Shown: positions 48,801 to 57,462 of the stretch, in pieces
Layout of the letters: every line of letters begins with the position of its first letter
Numbering within the stretch: position 1 is the stretch's first letter
Virus record (IMG/VR): IMGVR_UViG_3300009868_000002
Coordinates: 1 to 64,000 of that record
Origin: a virus
Lineage: Duplodnaviria; Caudoviricetes
Length of the DNA: 64,000 nt
Reading direction: 5' to 3' (one strand)
The notes under the pieces: generated by a model
Database searches by the model: none
Told to the model about the DNA's origin: nothing
The model's input: the letters and a program-made list of their open reading frames with translations, nothing else
Translations under genes and position numbers: made by a program

Positions 48801-51316
48801 ATCAGAGGCTGATAGGTATACATAACGCCATCAGCCATCCGGGGCAGACGATATTTGCGCTGGATAACAATGGAGGCTTTGGCGCCATCAACTTTGAAGG
48901 CAACAGCCCTGAAAGCATAGCGGCTTATGATAAGCGCTGGCAGAAGACATACGATGCCAACCTGGAAGAGATATTGAAAGACATCAAGCTGATGAGTGTC
49001 ATCTATCAGCAGGATGAAGTGCTGGCAGAGGATGCCAACCAGGCTGACTATGAAGAGAGTGAAGAAGATTCTCTCCCCGGCAATGAAAAGAAGGGAGACA
49101 GATATGGGGGATTATCCTCTACATCAAAAGCTTTCAGGCAGTACATCCTTACCACCTATGGAGAGATGGACTACTTCGAGCTGGGCATAGGTGAAGATAT
49201 ACTCAAAGCTGACGCCAACAAGGAGTTGTTTCTATTCCCTGCCAACCCTGGTATACTGTATAACGGTATCTTGGCGGCACTGCGCGATACTCCTATTCAG
49301 GAAGTGATGTCCCGCTTTGTGGTATGGAGCAGGGACAACAAGAATAGTAGGCTGCTGGCAGAGCGTCTGTTTAGCGACATCAAGGCAGAGCTCAAGCAGA
49401 ATGGGATTGCTGTAAGGGACATCGAAGACTATCTGGCAAATGTCGCCAACGTAGCAACGCTAATACGCAATAGCAATACATTCAACCTCTTCATCAACAA
49501 CTTCACCAAGCATAGCAGGGAGTACCTGGACTTGATACTTGACCCCACGAAGACACATACCCTCATCAGTCCTATGCACGCTAACCAGCAGGATAGCGAC
49601 GCCATGCAGGTAAACAGGTGGCGTGCCAAGATGGCGAGGGCCTATGAGAAAGCACCGGCAGGTACTCCTTTCTTTGGGCAGAACAACGTATTGCACGGTG
49701 TGCTGCAGGACATCCAAGCCAAGTTTGAATTCTTTAGCGGCAAGAATGTCGACAAGACGGTGAGGGAGATAAAGGCGTTATTTGACAGCATCGGTATAGA
49801 GGTGGCACCGGGGTATATACGCTATAGCCTGTATCGCAATAAAGCCAACGAGTTTGAAGCTTTGGACCCCAACGATGAAACGGCAGATAGCGACTTCATC
49901 AAGTTTGGCAGGACGTATGATAGTATCAACGAGCCTACCATCGCTGAAGAGCTGGGGGGATTGACAGAAGTGGCGCGTGGCGGTACCGTGCAGGTGGTAG
50001 GGGATTTCTTCACCAGCGAAAAGGGAGCGCTTAGCAGGCTGATGAAGCTGGCACGTACCAATACGCTGTTCGACGAGACGCTCTTCCGTACCAGCATACA
50101 AAACTCCAATGGCGAGAGGGTATTTCCTATATCGTCGCCGTCATTTGTCTCTACGATGTCGCTGCTGCTGCGTGACAGGAGAAGGAGAGCTTTCGTTGAC
50201 GCTATGCGGGTGCTGGCAGCGAATCCTACTAAAGCTAACGACAAGAAAGCATACCAGGCATTTACCGATAGCATGGGAAGTGAATTAGGATTGGAGCCCT
50301 ACTTTGCACGGCGCTACTTCGACAACATTAAGAATAACCCGCTGCTGCTGGGGCTGACGAATGACGGCAGCTATGATAACCGCATCAGCGAAGTATTCCT
50401 TAACTACTTCATCGACTATAACTTGTTTGGTGTAAGGCTGGACTTCTTGGAAGAAGTCGAAGAGACGGGTGAGGTAGTCAGGGAGACATGGAAGCAGGGA
50501 TATAGGGAGGGCGCCGACTACTCCGACTTGGATGCTTTCAGTAAGCTTGTCGCCAAGATGTCGTTTTATATTGATAGCACAGGTACTATTAACAGGGCTG
50601 CTTCGGAAGCTATCGAAAGCAAGAAGGAAGTGCTAGTGCCTTTCCGCGTCGTCGTTCCGGCGGTGTTGGAAGCCAAAAAGACGGCTAATGCTTTTGCTGT
50701 GCCAGTGCTTAAGTACACCAGAACCGATAAGGAGAAAGGCTTGGTGCTATCAGATATAGGCAAGAAAGTATTTAAAGCACACCTACAGCGGGAAGTGGAT
50801 AATCTCAACAAGACAAAAGCGGAGATTGCCGCCATCATCAAGGGCGACAAGATAGAGAATATCGTCGAGAAGTACCACTACATTCCTTATAACGATAGCA
50901 AGTATACGTATCAGGACGGCACTTTCTACGAGATTGTGCCAAAGTTTATACGCGATGAATATGGTGCTCCCGTCATGGACAGCATGCAAGTTACCGTCGT
51001 CACGGATAGCAAATTGATTGAAGATTTGCAGAAGGAACTTCCCAAGCTACGGGGGCTGCGCTTATTCGATATGCGCATACTTCCTAATGCCGACGAGATA
51101 GAAAAGGCAGGCGTCATACCGAAAGACATCGACGACGTAATAGACAGCCACATGCAGTCGGAATTTCATAAATTTGTACAGCTATTGCGTGTCAAGCACC
51201 GTGCTGTTGTTTCCGACTTGCACGGAAAGAAGGGACAGGAGCTATTAGCGATACTAAACCAGCAGCAGGCATTCAAAGATGCCTGGGCTAAAATAAGCAG
51301 ATTACCATGCAAATGA
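42827..51316 (+). CDS. Giant cargo protein with TM segments, coiled coil, zincin-like domain and probable N-terminal part of the virion RNA polymerase
   Basis: 2829 aa; N-terminal hydrophobic helices; WHEAFH (HExxH at 48134-48148) plus LEEKMADDF; precedes the catalytic RNAP gene. Confidence 0.75.
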   Translation: MAKVTRPIANLNPITGQPILPPADAGYKFGQVQAGGGFAPWSDIDLSEFRRLVPIPVLTGDEAVDYARLTEERAQNQSTFEQYRNGVIKWAGKTATALIGGLATVPYTIGVAGLQLADIAIPGNVVKWSDIYNNAFQRSLDSANQWMDKNLPNYYTKAQQEMGLGRQMLTANFWANDFLGGMSFMTGAILSEITASYLTALTFGAAAPAQMMITQGILARTAKLMKMLQRTAPIDDVIKGYAALGKSGAAFQNIQGLRSIITGAGYEAGVEARHFIDEAERDMISSFVDAEGREPTAEEHASMMDRITRQANGVFATNLGLVGASNAAIFTKTFAPLRNMIGKALRMGPAPIAGGVLSPFVKEGEKLAAREIGNWEKALVSAYKLAKKPFIEGVWEEGLQGVTSSAAVDYVMKKYSHDGGDATYSMAEAITKGFEQAYGTKEGQKEVLIGAIMGLIGSPITRFEGSSIKDVVNYLRQGDANKAFAERYNNVQTLPTIQAAVKSTIRGHELNQEMDYAIDRDDFFKAKNAEDDGIFNLLQMRYDSGYLDQVVDDFDDAVRDYLANSEEDGYKKMAADFGFDPSTSVTEMKDRLKEVRAGLEMKVEAFRKAKQNAKDALIRPDADLEEGLTYTLYNIGRKSEREKEVASEIQRIVGDVDTRELEDIRNSNLSILFSRNWKKTFESERGNLLDEMDTMEKDLAEARQNYDKAQKKFEDKIKRLGKRRTPKTAKEIEDINKLPEEQRELLRYQETGYTQELLDIESSITKLEDNIEKQRKKIAAKVAKEYQDRNNTSIPYDMDSVEFENLVDRALALRKKLEVHYKSNPVNKKKLKLLFDDLHRLSAYRQRQIMEYNMLVSQPGAENFLENVAELRSLIEQEINSGAEAQLKRADKLFANKARVKKLIARYYSDVSPETKDALLETFKSYVPTADEMAVEAATRQGPDALNALIEGATKVSAGHQYVSNLFRTMPQWMRAGNAAMQAEKQAAEQAVQQQQEEPKEEGGIPVPPGSFKKQEGAAPISPSTTTEGAVKPPAGFTAPGAAKSFVAEVTEGEKPPEGFTAAPPTAPPAGFTAPTATPPPKGFTAGEPETKGGRQVAVTNPNELLWIWNDYPEARNQELWEESFDEATGRGIREYPDATKKAMRAYTAKPKASNLQLRIEEWNPAAENLEPEVRITDDVVMMRTYLRGGKHWRARLFVREDANDEWHEVGSLLNPKRYVNNDGVPFDLTDPEQRSTLNPAFKEGEQGEKLSTMYEKLTKEESLWSWIDSQIDKGGATVTGTPLQVVFGKSDVHVKMFNFSINHGGTVMRWQEKHGGQSIEEKFPPDIYGREVTIKGKKTKAIIYIDKKTNTATGETKFNYTFLHYDEDGNRMYSEPTPEQSQEIYAEDKALRENKQNKAYRVQDKIILFEYDGHKEWSGVMNPPVDAEAVKAVDAELERIFTKDEEGLYPHQREEEFEEGKGRQVALLPKDEDRYISVLAYDNASGKGNLLKGIHISLQMWVNKLKNADASKLLGGPTSYFNVELGIEMNDTWVNFIVSRTEDGVFYMEPKDSRGVKYRTYIGPNITMEGILNALHTEEYMKSAPTKSKIANYLEGKAKAWGVPGFYIKGTGYRQGNQQGRSVAAFDALALMSPNPSAFLDMDLKEEEEIGAVQEFLEGQEQKEAEEEKKEEVPAKTEAPATKGFTVNLQSTRGEDDDVPFKIVPNVSDKELTTFDEAKANIQSILNIDVKDIDTVVGNIANKGITVGAFMSNVVYLSKKALPKGTEWHEAFHVVFRTFLSNSQISHYLGLARERYTLPSKEALEKFREQAANRKDLTAKQLEDLWLEEKMADDFADFQAHPASYTRTKKHNNAFVRLWNELLKWLGLYSEHADEIEALFSDISIGKFRTATPVYNIFRLRKEAAWLNYPTIEIAENDILPVFDAKTVSSDVHMLAALVYRQLTAQGIDGFNKYHISAILDTMRDRFNPERWDKRLGGAVDVAEADRNALYQRLIGIHNAISHPGQTIFALDNNGGFGAINFEGNSPESIAAYDKRWQKTYDANLEEILKDIKLMSVIYQQDEVLAEDANQADYEESEEDSLPGNEKKGDRYGGLSSTSKAFRQYILTTYGEMDYFELGIGEDILKADANKELFLFPANPGILYNGILAALRDTPIQEVMSRFVVWSRDNKNSRLLAERLFSDIKAELKQNGIAVRDIEDYLANVANVATLIRNSNTFNLFINNFTKHSREYLDLILDPTKTHTLISPMHANQQDSDAMQVNRWRAKMARAYEKAPAGTPFFGQNNVLHGVLQDIQAKFEFFSGKNVDKTVREIKALFDSIGIEVAPGYIRYSLYRNKANEFEALDPNDETADSDFIKFGRTYDSINEPTIAEELGGLTEVARGGTVQVVGDFFTSEKGALSRLMKLARTNTLFDETLFRTSIQNSNGERVFPISSPSFVSTMSLLLRDRRRRAFVDAMRVLAANPTKANDKKAYQAFTDSMGSELGLEPYFARRYFDNIKNNPLLLGLTNDGSYDNRISEVFLNYFIDYNLFGVRLDFLEEVEETGEVVRETWKQGYREGADYSDLDAFSKLVAKMSFYIDSTGTINRAASEAIESKKEVLVPFRVVVPAVLEAKKTANAFAVPVLKYTRTDKEKGLVLSDIGKKVFKAHLQREVDNLNKTKAEIAAIIKGDKIENIVEKYHYIPYNDSKYTYQDGTFYEIVPKFIRDEYGAPVMDSMQVTVVTDSKLIEDLQKELPKLRGLRLFDMRILPNADEIEKAGVIPKDIDDVIDSHMQSEFHKFVQLLRVKHRAVVSDLHGKKGQELLAILNQQQAFKDAWAKISRLPCK

Positions 51317-51804
51317 TTTCCAACGAGATGATAGCCTTGCTGAATTACCGCATTCAGCAGGAAGAGTTAAGCAGCCGCCTCTATTGGGCGATGAGCCAGT
51401 GGCTTGACAAGGTAGGCTACATAGGTGCTGCCAAGCTATGGGCCAAGTACAGCAAGGAAGAAACAGAGCATGCGCATTGGGCGTATGAATTCCTGCAGGA
51501 CTTGGATATTCTTCCACTGACGCCTGCCCTGGAAGAGCCTCCGCAGTTGTTTGAGGGGCTCTCTGGTGTCATCGAAGCGACGGTGCTACATGAAGAAGAG
51601 GTGACGAGACAGTGTGAGGAGCTGGCACGTGCAGCGATGGCGGAAGGAAGCTTCCTGGTATACACGCTGGCACATAAATACGTTGCCGAGCAGAGAGAAG
51701 AGTTAAAAAAATCTTACCTGCTGAAGGACAGGCTGGAAGAGTTTGGCAATGACTCTGTTAACATGAGGCTCTTCGATAAGGAATTAGGCGAGATGGCCGG
51801 ATAA
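51307..51804 (+). CDS. ftnA: Non-heme ferritin
   Basis: LN..I..E..SS..Y.AM..W, EETEHA, HEEEVT, EQREE ferroxidase-centre pattern; 165 aa. Confidence 0.9.
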   Translation: MQMISNEMIALLNYRIQQEELSSRLYWAMSQWLDKVGYIGAAKLWAKYSKEETEHAHWAYEFLQDLDILPLTPALEEPPQLFEGLSGVIEATVLHEEEVTRQCEELARAAMAEGSFLVYTLAHKYVAEQREELKKSYLLKDRLEEFGNDSVNMRLFDKELGEMAG

Positions 51805-51813
51805 AAATATGCT

Positions 51814-54800
51814 ATGGCTTGTACTTTCAAATATAATTCTCCCCTTGGCAAGGAAGTGAGCTTCACTGCTGACACCCGTGAGGAGTTGCGTAACCAGCTT
51901 GTCCGCTATATCATGCTCAATGAAGCGGAAGTATATGGAGAGCTGAAAAATAACATCCTTCCCTATAAGGCAGGCAGTGAAACCAACTTCGTCGATGCCG
52001 ATAACGACATTAGCAAGGAAGCGCTTTTTAGCTTTTTCGCCAACGACTTCCTCTCATCGATGTCGCTGATGAACCTGCTGTATGGCGATGCACGGATGAT
52101 GCATGAAGACTTCAAGGATGCTACCAAGCGTAATGGCAACCTGATATCTGCTGGTAGCCAGACGGGTGTAGGTATGACGACGGTAGCTGTCATTGCCGAC
52201 AAGAAGATAGATTTGGCGGAGAGAAATAGCCTGATAAAAACCAACAATACAAAGACGAAGTACGAGCCACAGGATGGCCAGAGCTACACCAGCGTACACT
52301 GGTATATGGATAAGTATTTGCCTAGCCTTGCACGCTATAGCAAACCCGTAAAGGATGCCTTCATGAAGATTCGTGCAGGCATTCCACTGACTAGTAAAGA
52401 AACCAGCCTGTTGAAAGTACAGCATGCCAGCTTCATCGACAGGAAGATGGTAGGCAAGTCTCTCTTCCAGCTGCTGAAGACTTCCACGCACCTGCAAACC
52501 AGGGAGAAAACCAGCTACATAGACTACCAGGGAAGGAATAAGGAAGAAGTACATAAAAAGCTGCTTGGACTATGGAGGCAGTATGATAATGCTGCCAACG
52601 AAATCGAGCAGCGCAAAGTCCTGAAGGAGATACATAGTTACTACAAGCCCCAACGCCATCGCCAGTACCACCACCAGATGCTCAACGACATGGAGATGCG
52701 CTCTACGCATTGGGTGGCTATGGGTACTGCATCAAAGACGGTATCTACCGATGTAGGCAGGTACAATGAAGCAGAAGGTTTCTTCGAGCTGACGCCACAC
52801 CTGATGCCAGACACGGGTATTCTGGAGCAGGTAAAGACGGACAACCTGAAGAGCGAAATCATTCACGGCACACAGCTGCAGGGCTTGGTATGGAGTGAGC
52901 AGGCTGGTGATGAGCAGAAAGTAGAAACCCCTTCAGGGATAAAGACTACCGTCGGTGAGCTGCGTAAAGTATATGCACAGCTGCTTGCCGAGCGTACTAT
53001 CAGGGGCTTGAATGCCAAGCGCAGTGAGCTCTTTACGGAAGAGGGAGAAGTAAACTACGAATTGATACACTCCCGCATCATTAGCGGTATGCAGTCCAGC
53101 TCTCCTGATACACAGTTATTGGAGCTGTTATCATTAGACGATAAGGGCAAGCCCAAGTACAACTGGAACCTTCCCGTGCTGCACAAGAAGCTGCAGAACT
53201 TGCTGCTCAACTACTTAAGCAAAGATTCCCTCAAGCACGTCGTCGAAGGGCAGAAGTACACATTGGTATCGGCGGTAGGACATGAGGTGCTGTTCGATAA
53301 GAAGACGGGAAGGGTAGTACCTACGTCGGAGTACCTGCGCAATCCCAGCAAGTATGAAGGTGATGCTTATGGCACCAGGGACTTGCAGTTTGGCAGGCTG
53401 GAGAATGGAGTGTACTATAGTGAGGCCATCGTGCCGCAGCGGGTGCTTGACAAGTTTGGCATCAAGGTAGGACAGGAGATTGCCGTCAATGGCAGGATGC
53501 TTGCACAGATGGGGGTACGTATCCCTACACAGGATAAGCATTCCATGGTAGTGCTGAAGATTGTCGACTCGCTACCGGAGCTGTATGAGAATAGCGTCAT
53601 ACTACCTTACGAGGTAGTATTCCTGTCGGGTGCTGACTTCGACATTGACAGCTTATTTGCCAGGAACTTCTATAGCTATAAAATTGATAAGAAGGCATAC
53701 TTCTTTGGGCAGTATCATACTGCAGAGAATCCTGTAGAGCAGGCATATAAGGAATGGCAGCATAGCAAGGAAGTAGAGAGGCTCTATAGCAAAGAAATCG
53801 CTGAATGGGAAGATAGCGATAACCACCTACAAGATTTACTGCAACGGTTAGCACGTTTCCAAGTAGCCGGAGAAGTGGCTGTTAGCGTGGAGGGTGAAGA
53901 CTATAAAGGGCTTACTAAGGTACTCGATGAATTGTATGAAGACGGATTGAAGGAAGCAATCGCAGAGCAGCGTAGCAAAATACGTGAGGTAGTTTCTTCG
54001 CAGAAGATGTCTTTGAAGGAGTTTAGCAAGCAGCATGGCAAGCAGATACTGGTCAACGTAGCAGCTTATGAAAAAGGGAGCTTAAGCAAGGTTAAGGCTA
54101 TCACTAATGAAGAGCTTAACAACTTGCTACTGGAAGCAGAGATAGGGATGTCGTTTAATGAAGGTAATGCCGCTAACGCTACTACGAAGGCATCGCTGGA
54201 AGCATTTGAGAAAGCAGGAGAGCTATTCAAGCAATGGGGCATACTCACTGCCGATGAAGTGACGGGGCTGTATAATGCCATGGATAAGTTGCTAGCACAG
54301 CAGTCCAACGATACGGGCAAGAAGAATATCGGCCCTGGTGCACTGCACAACATTATGTTTCAGCTACTGGCAGAGCGCAAGACGCAACTTATAAAAGAGG
54401 TACGCACAAAGGCAGCAGCGAATCACGCAATGAAGTATGCCATGCCTGCAGCAGACAACCTTACTGGAGCAGCTACTACTACATTAGAGTTGGCTGAGCA
54501 GGGACTTCGTACAGCAACAACAAGAAGCTTTCCTTTAGGTAAAATAGGTGATATTATTACTTTTGAAGGAAGGCCGACAAAGTATATTATTACAGGAATC
54601 GAAACCTTAACAAAAGAAAATACGTCTAATCCAGAGTGGATAAAGCAGTGGAGCCAAAAAGAGCAATGGACAGAAAAGCACTTTAAGGAAATTCTGGGAG
54701 GGAAAACAGTACACATAGGGAGTGTTCAAACATCATTTAGGATAGCTACAGAAGAAGAACTGCTACAAAGGAGTGACGAGGCTTACTTTGGCAAATACAC

Positions 54801-57462
54801 AGAGTATGGCAGCTTCACCAACAGCAAACGTGAGCGTATCAATGACTTGATTTCTACTGTCATCTCTGGTATGACGGATAACGCCAAGCACCTATTTGCT
54901 GCACGCTTTGAGCTTACCTTTGAGCAGGTAGGCCCCTTCATGCACATGATAAGCATGGGGATGCCGTTCACTGAAGCACTGTTACTAGTACGACAGCCTA
55001 TCCTGACTATCTACCAGGATATTCTGGAAGACAAGAAGAGGCTAGTGAAGAAGCGCGGCGTACTGGAGAAGGAGACTATCCAGGGTATCAAGCTGGATAA
55101 GATAGCGCAGGAAGCGGCACGCAGGCTTTATGAGAACCTGTTTGGTGACAAGATAGAAATCAGAGAACCAGGCGAAGAAGAAGGTGTTGAAGAAGAAGCA
55201 ACTGCTATCGGATTTGATGAAGCTCTTGTCAAGCCACAGCCTTTTGAAGTAGGGGAAGATAGCCTGATGAAGATGGCGATACAGTACCAGAGTGGTGCTG
55301 TTCCTAATCCTGAAGAGTACTTCGCCAAGCAGGTATACCTGCTTAATGACTACAAACGTATCGTCGATGATAGCAAGTCACTGATGGCCTTCTCGCAAGT
55401 GCTGCAGCTAATCAAAGGATTCAAGACGACGTTTGCAGAGTCCCGCATGGTAACGCAAGCATTGGAGAATCTAGGGCTGGAGCCTCACTTTGCCAAGCTG
55501 AAGGAAGAAGACGCCAAGAAAGTAAAGGATGAAGTAAGCATCATGACGCTAAAGGACGGTACGTTAGTGGCTACCTTTGTCGATAAGTCTACTCCCGGCA
55601 GTCCTGCAATGAAGTTTTCGCTACGCCCTACCGCTAAGCTGGCAGAGTCCCCTGAAGACTTTACCGCTATATCTGAAGGGATACGCGACGTCCTCACTAC
55701 CAACGAAACTGTCTTTGCCCGTATTGCTACAGACCAGATACTACACCGTGATAGCGCACAGATAGTGATTCGTGAAACAGATACCTATACAGACTTGGTG
55801 AAGGAAGTTAATAGCGCTGTAAACCAATTCTACCTGCTCAACAAGGAAGGCATGGAGAAGGTAGAGACAGCGTTGATTACTTTCCTCAATATGCGTGCTT
55901 TTGCTCATTTAAATAAGCAAGCAAAGATAGGGATTAGCGATAAGGATAATGCCCTGCGCCTTATGGCGATGTTTAAGCTGATGCCCAATAACGATAGCGT
56001 ATTGCGCTATATCTTCGACAGGCTGCGCACTATAAAGGAGTTTAAGGCAAACAAGTTTCTCAACTTCATCCGCATGGATGACGTCGAGATAACGGGTAAG
56101 TTCAACCCCTTAGCCAACCTGGTGATGGGTAAGATTGTCGGAGATACACGCAGTGAATATACGCCCGAATACAGGCAGGACGTCGCTAATGACTTGATAG
56201 CACTGGGCAGAGCAGGACAGAAATATGGAAACTTATTTGAAGACGAGAATGCGCTAAACGACTTGCCGGAAGCAATACGGCAGCTGACACCACGGCAGCT
56301 CGCCAAGCTAGCCTACGACATGGCGATACACTATAGTATGCTGGTTGATAATATGCAGTATCGCAATAACGGCATCGCCAAGCTTATTAACCCTGTAGCG
56401 TGGAAGCCTGTAGCGGAAGCGCTAAGTGCTGTACAGCATGTGTTCAACAACAAGCCGGAGCCTTTTGTCTATCGCGGTACAGAGATGAAGCTGCGCAGCT
56501 TTGAAGACTTGTTTGGTTTATCCCGGGATGAGCTCATCGTAGAGTTTATGACGCTGTATTCCCGCAATGTCGCCAACTCCGCTGAAGTACGCTACATCAA
56601 TGCACCCAAGATGAAGGTGGTGGTGAATAAAGCTGCTGATGGAGAGGTAGTAACTTTCAGTGGGCAGCCTTCGATTTCTACGCTGAAGGTTAACCTCAAC
56701 AGGATTAAGGAAGGGCAGTGGGGTGATACTATTAGTAGGCTAGCTACTTTTGGTTTTGAACCTCGCGGTGAAGGGCTACTCCGCATACCACAGGTAGTAA
56801 AGGTAGGTGCCAAGAGAAGCCCTACACGCTTGATGCATCTGAAGAAGCTGTGGTGGCATGAGGGAGGGGAGGATGGCAAGACGTATGTATATGAAAGAGA
56901 GCCTTATCCTGGCGTCGCCGAAGGAGATGTGACGCTGCACCAAGTGGTACGATATGAATATCGCCGTGCTACAGAAAAGGAAAAAGGAGGTAGGATAGAA
57001 TCTACCAAGCAAGTGGTAAGAAACTTTCCACTGGTAGGCAGGGGTGCTGAATACGAATTGAGTGAATGGATAATTCCCAAGGGAGTGGTAGGGCTAGCGC
57101 TGCCTCTGTACTTGGCAGAGTACACTGCTGCCTATGTACGGCAGCTTACCAAGAGTCCACAGAGAGGTGCCAAGAAAGAAGAAAAAGAAGAAAAAGAAGG
57201 TGTACCACGAGGGTTTACTGCTGCTGCAGTGACAGCACGGGATTTCTACAATGCCTTAGCTAAAGAATATGGAGTAGCAGATGTTGACGGCATGGAGTAC
57301 TTCACTAATCCTGAAGTCGCTAAGCGGGTAGAAGGATACGAAAAAGAGTATGGCAGGAAATTCAAAGTAGTAGCTAAAGAGATTAATAACAAGACGTATT
57401 ACCGCGTCGACATGGTTATTCCCAGCATCGACAAAGTAACTAAAAGATTAGAATGTGGCTAG
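51814..57462 (+). CDS. Virion RNA polymerase catalytic subunit (two-barrel, crAss-like)
   Basis: D..KR, DGQSY, KTS, RIPTQDKHSM, GADFDID (53629-53649), TDNAK. Confidence 0.92.
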   Translation: MACTFKYNSPLGKEVSFTADTREELRNQLVRYIMLNEAEVYGELKNNILPYKAGSETNFVDADNDISKEALFSFFANDFLSSMSLMNLLYGDARMMHEDFKDATKRNGNLISAGSQTGVGMTTVAVIADKKIDLAERNSLIKTNNTKTKYEPQDGQSYTSVHWYMDKYLPSLARYSKPVKDAFMKIRAGIPLTSKETSLLKVQHASFIDRKMVGKSLFQLLKTSTHLQTREKTSYIDYQGRNKEEVHKKLLGLWRQYDNAANEIEQRKVLKEIHSYYKPQRHRQYHHQMLNDMEMRSTHWVAMGTASKTVSTDVGRYNEAEGFFELTPHLMPDTGILEQVKTDNLKSEIIHGTQLQGLVWSEQAGDEQKVETPSGIKTTVGELRKVYAQLLAERTIRGLNAKRSELFTEEGEVNYELIHSRIISGMQSSSPDTQLLELLSLDDKGKPKYNWNLPVLHKKLQNLLLNYLSKDSLKHVVEGQKYTLVSAVGHEVLFDKKTGRVVPTSEYLRNPSKYEGDAYGTRDLQFGRLENGVYYSEAIVPQRVLDKFGIKVGQEIAVNGRMLAQMGVRIPTQDKHSMVVLKIVDSLPELYENSVILPYEVVFLSGADFDIDSLFARNFYSYKIDKKAYFFGQYHTAENPVEQAYKEWQHSKEVERLYSKEIAEWEDSDNHLQDLLQRLARFQVAGEVAVSVEGEDYKGLTKVLDELYEDGLKEAIAEQRSKIREVVSSQKMSLKEFSKQHGKQILVNVAAYEKGSLSKVKAITNEELNNLLLEAEIGMSFNEGNAANATTKASLEAFEKAGELFKQWGILTADEVTGLYNAMDKLLAQQSNDTGKKNIGPGALHNIMFQLLAERKTQLIKEVRTKAAANHAMKYAMPAADNLTGAATTTLELAEQGLRTATTRSFPLGKIGDIITFEGRPTKYIITGIETLTKENTSNPEWIKQWSQKEQWTEKHFKEILGGKTVHIGSVQTSFRIATEEELLQRSDEAYFGKYTEYGSFTNSKRERINDLISTVISGMTDNAKHLFAARFELTFEQVGPFMHMISMGMPFTEALLLVRQPILTIYQDILEDKKRLVKKRGVLEKETIQGIKLDKIAQEAARRLYENLFGDKIEIREPGEEEGVEEEATAIGFDEALVKPQPFEVGEDSLMKMAIQYQSGAVPNPEEYFAKQVYLLNDYKRIVDDSKSLMAFSQVLQLIKGFKTTFAESRMVTQALENLGLEPHFAKLKEEDAKKVKDEVSIMTLKDGTLVATFVDKSTPGSPAMKFSLRPTAKLAESPEDFTAISEGIRDVLTTNETVFARIATDQILHRDSAQIVIRETDTYTDLVKEVNSAVNQFYLLNKEGMEKVETALITFLNMRAFAHLNKQAKIGISDKDNALRLMAMFKLMPNNDSVLRYIFDRLRTIKEFKANKFLNFIRMDDVEITGKFNPLANLVMGKIVGDTRSEYTPEYRQDVANDLIALGRAGQKYGNLFEDENALNDLPEAIRQLTPRQLAKLAYDMAIHYSMLVDNMQYRNNGIAKLINPVAWKPVAEALSAVQHVFNNKPEPFVYRGTEMKLRSFEDLFGLSRDELIVEFMTLYSRNVANSAEVRYINAPKMKVVVNKAADGEVVTFSGQPSISTLKVNLNRIKEGQWGDTISRLATFGFEPRGEGLLRIPQVVKVGAKRSPTRLMHLKKLWWHEGGEDGKTYVYEREPYPGVAEGDVTLHQVVRYEYRRATEKEKGGRIESTKQVVRNFPLVGRGAEYELSEWIIPKGVVGLALPLYLAEYTAAYVRQLTKSPQRGAKKEEKEEKEGVPRGFTAAAVTARDFYNALAKEYGVADVDGMEYFTNPEVAKRVEGYEKEYGRKFKVVAKEINNKTYYRVDMVIPSIDKVTKRLECG

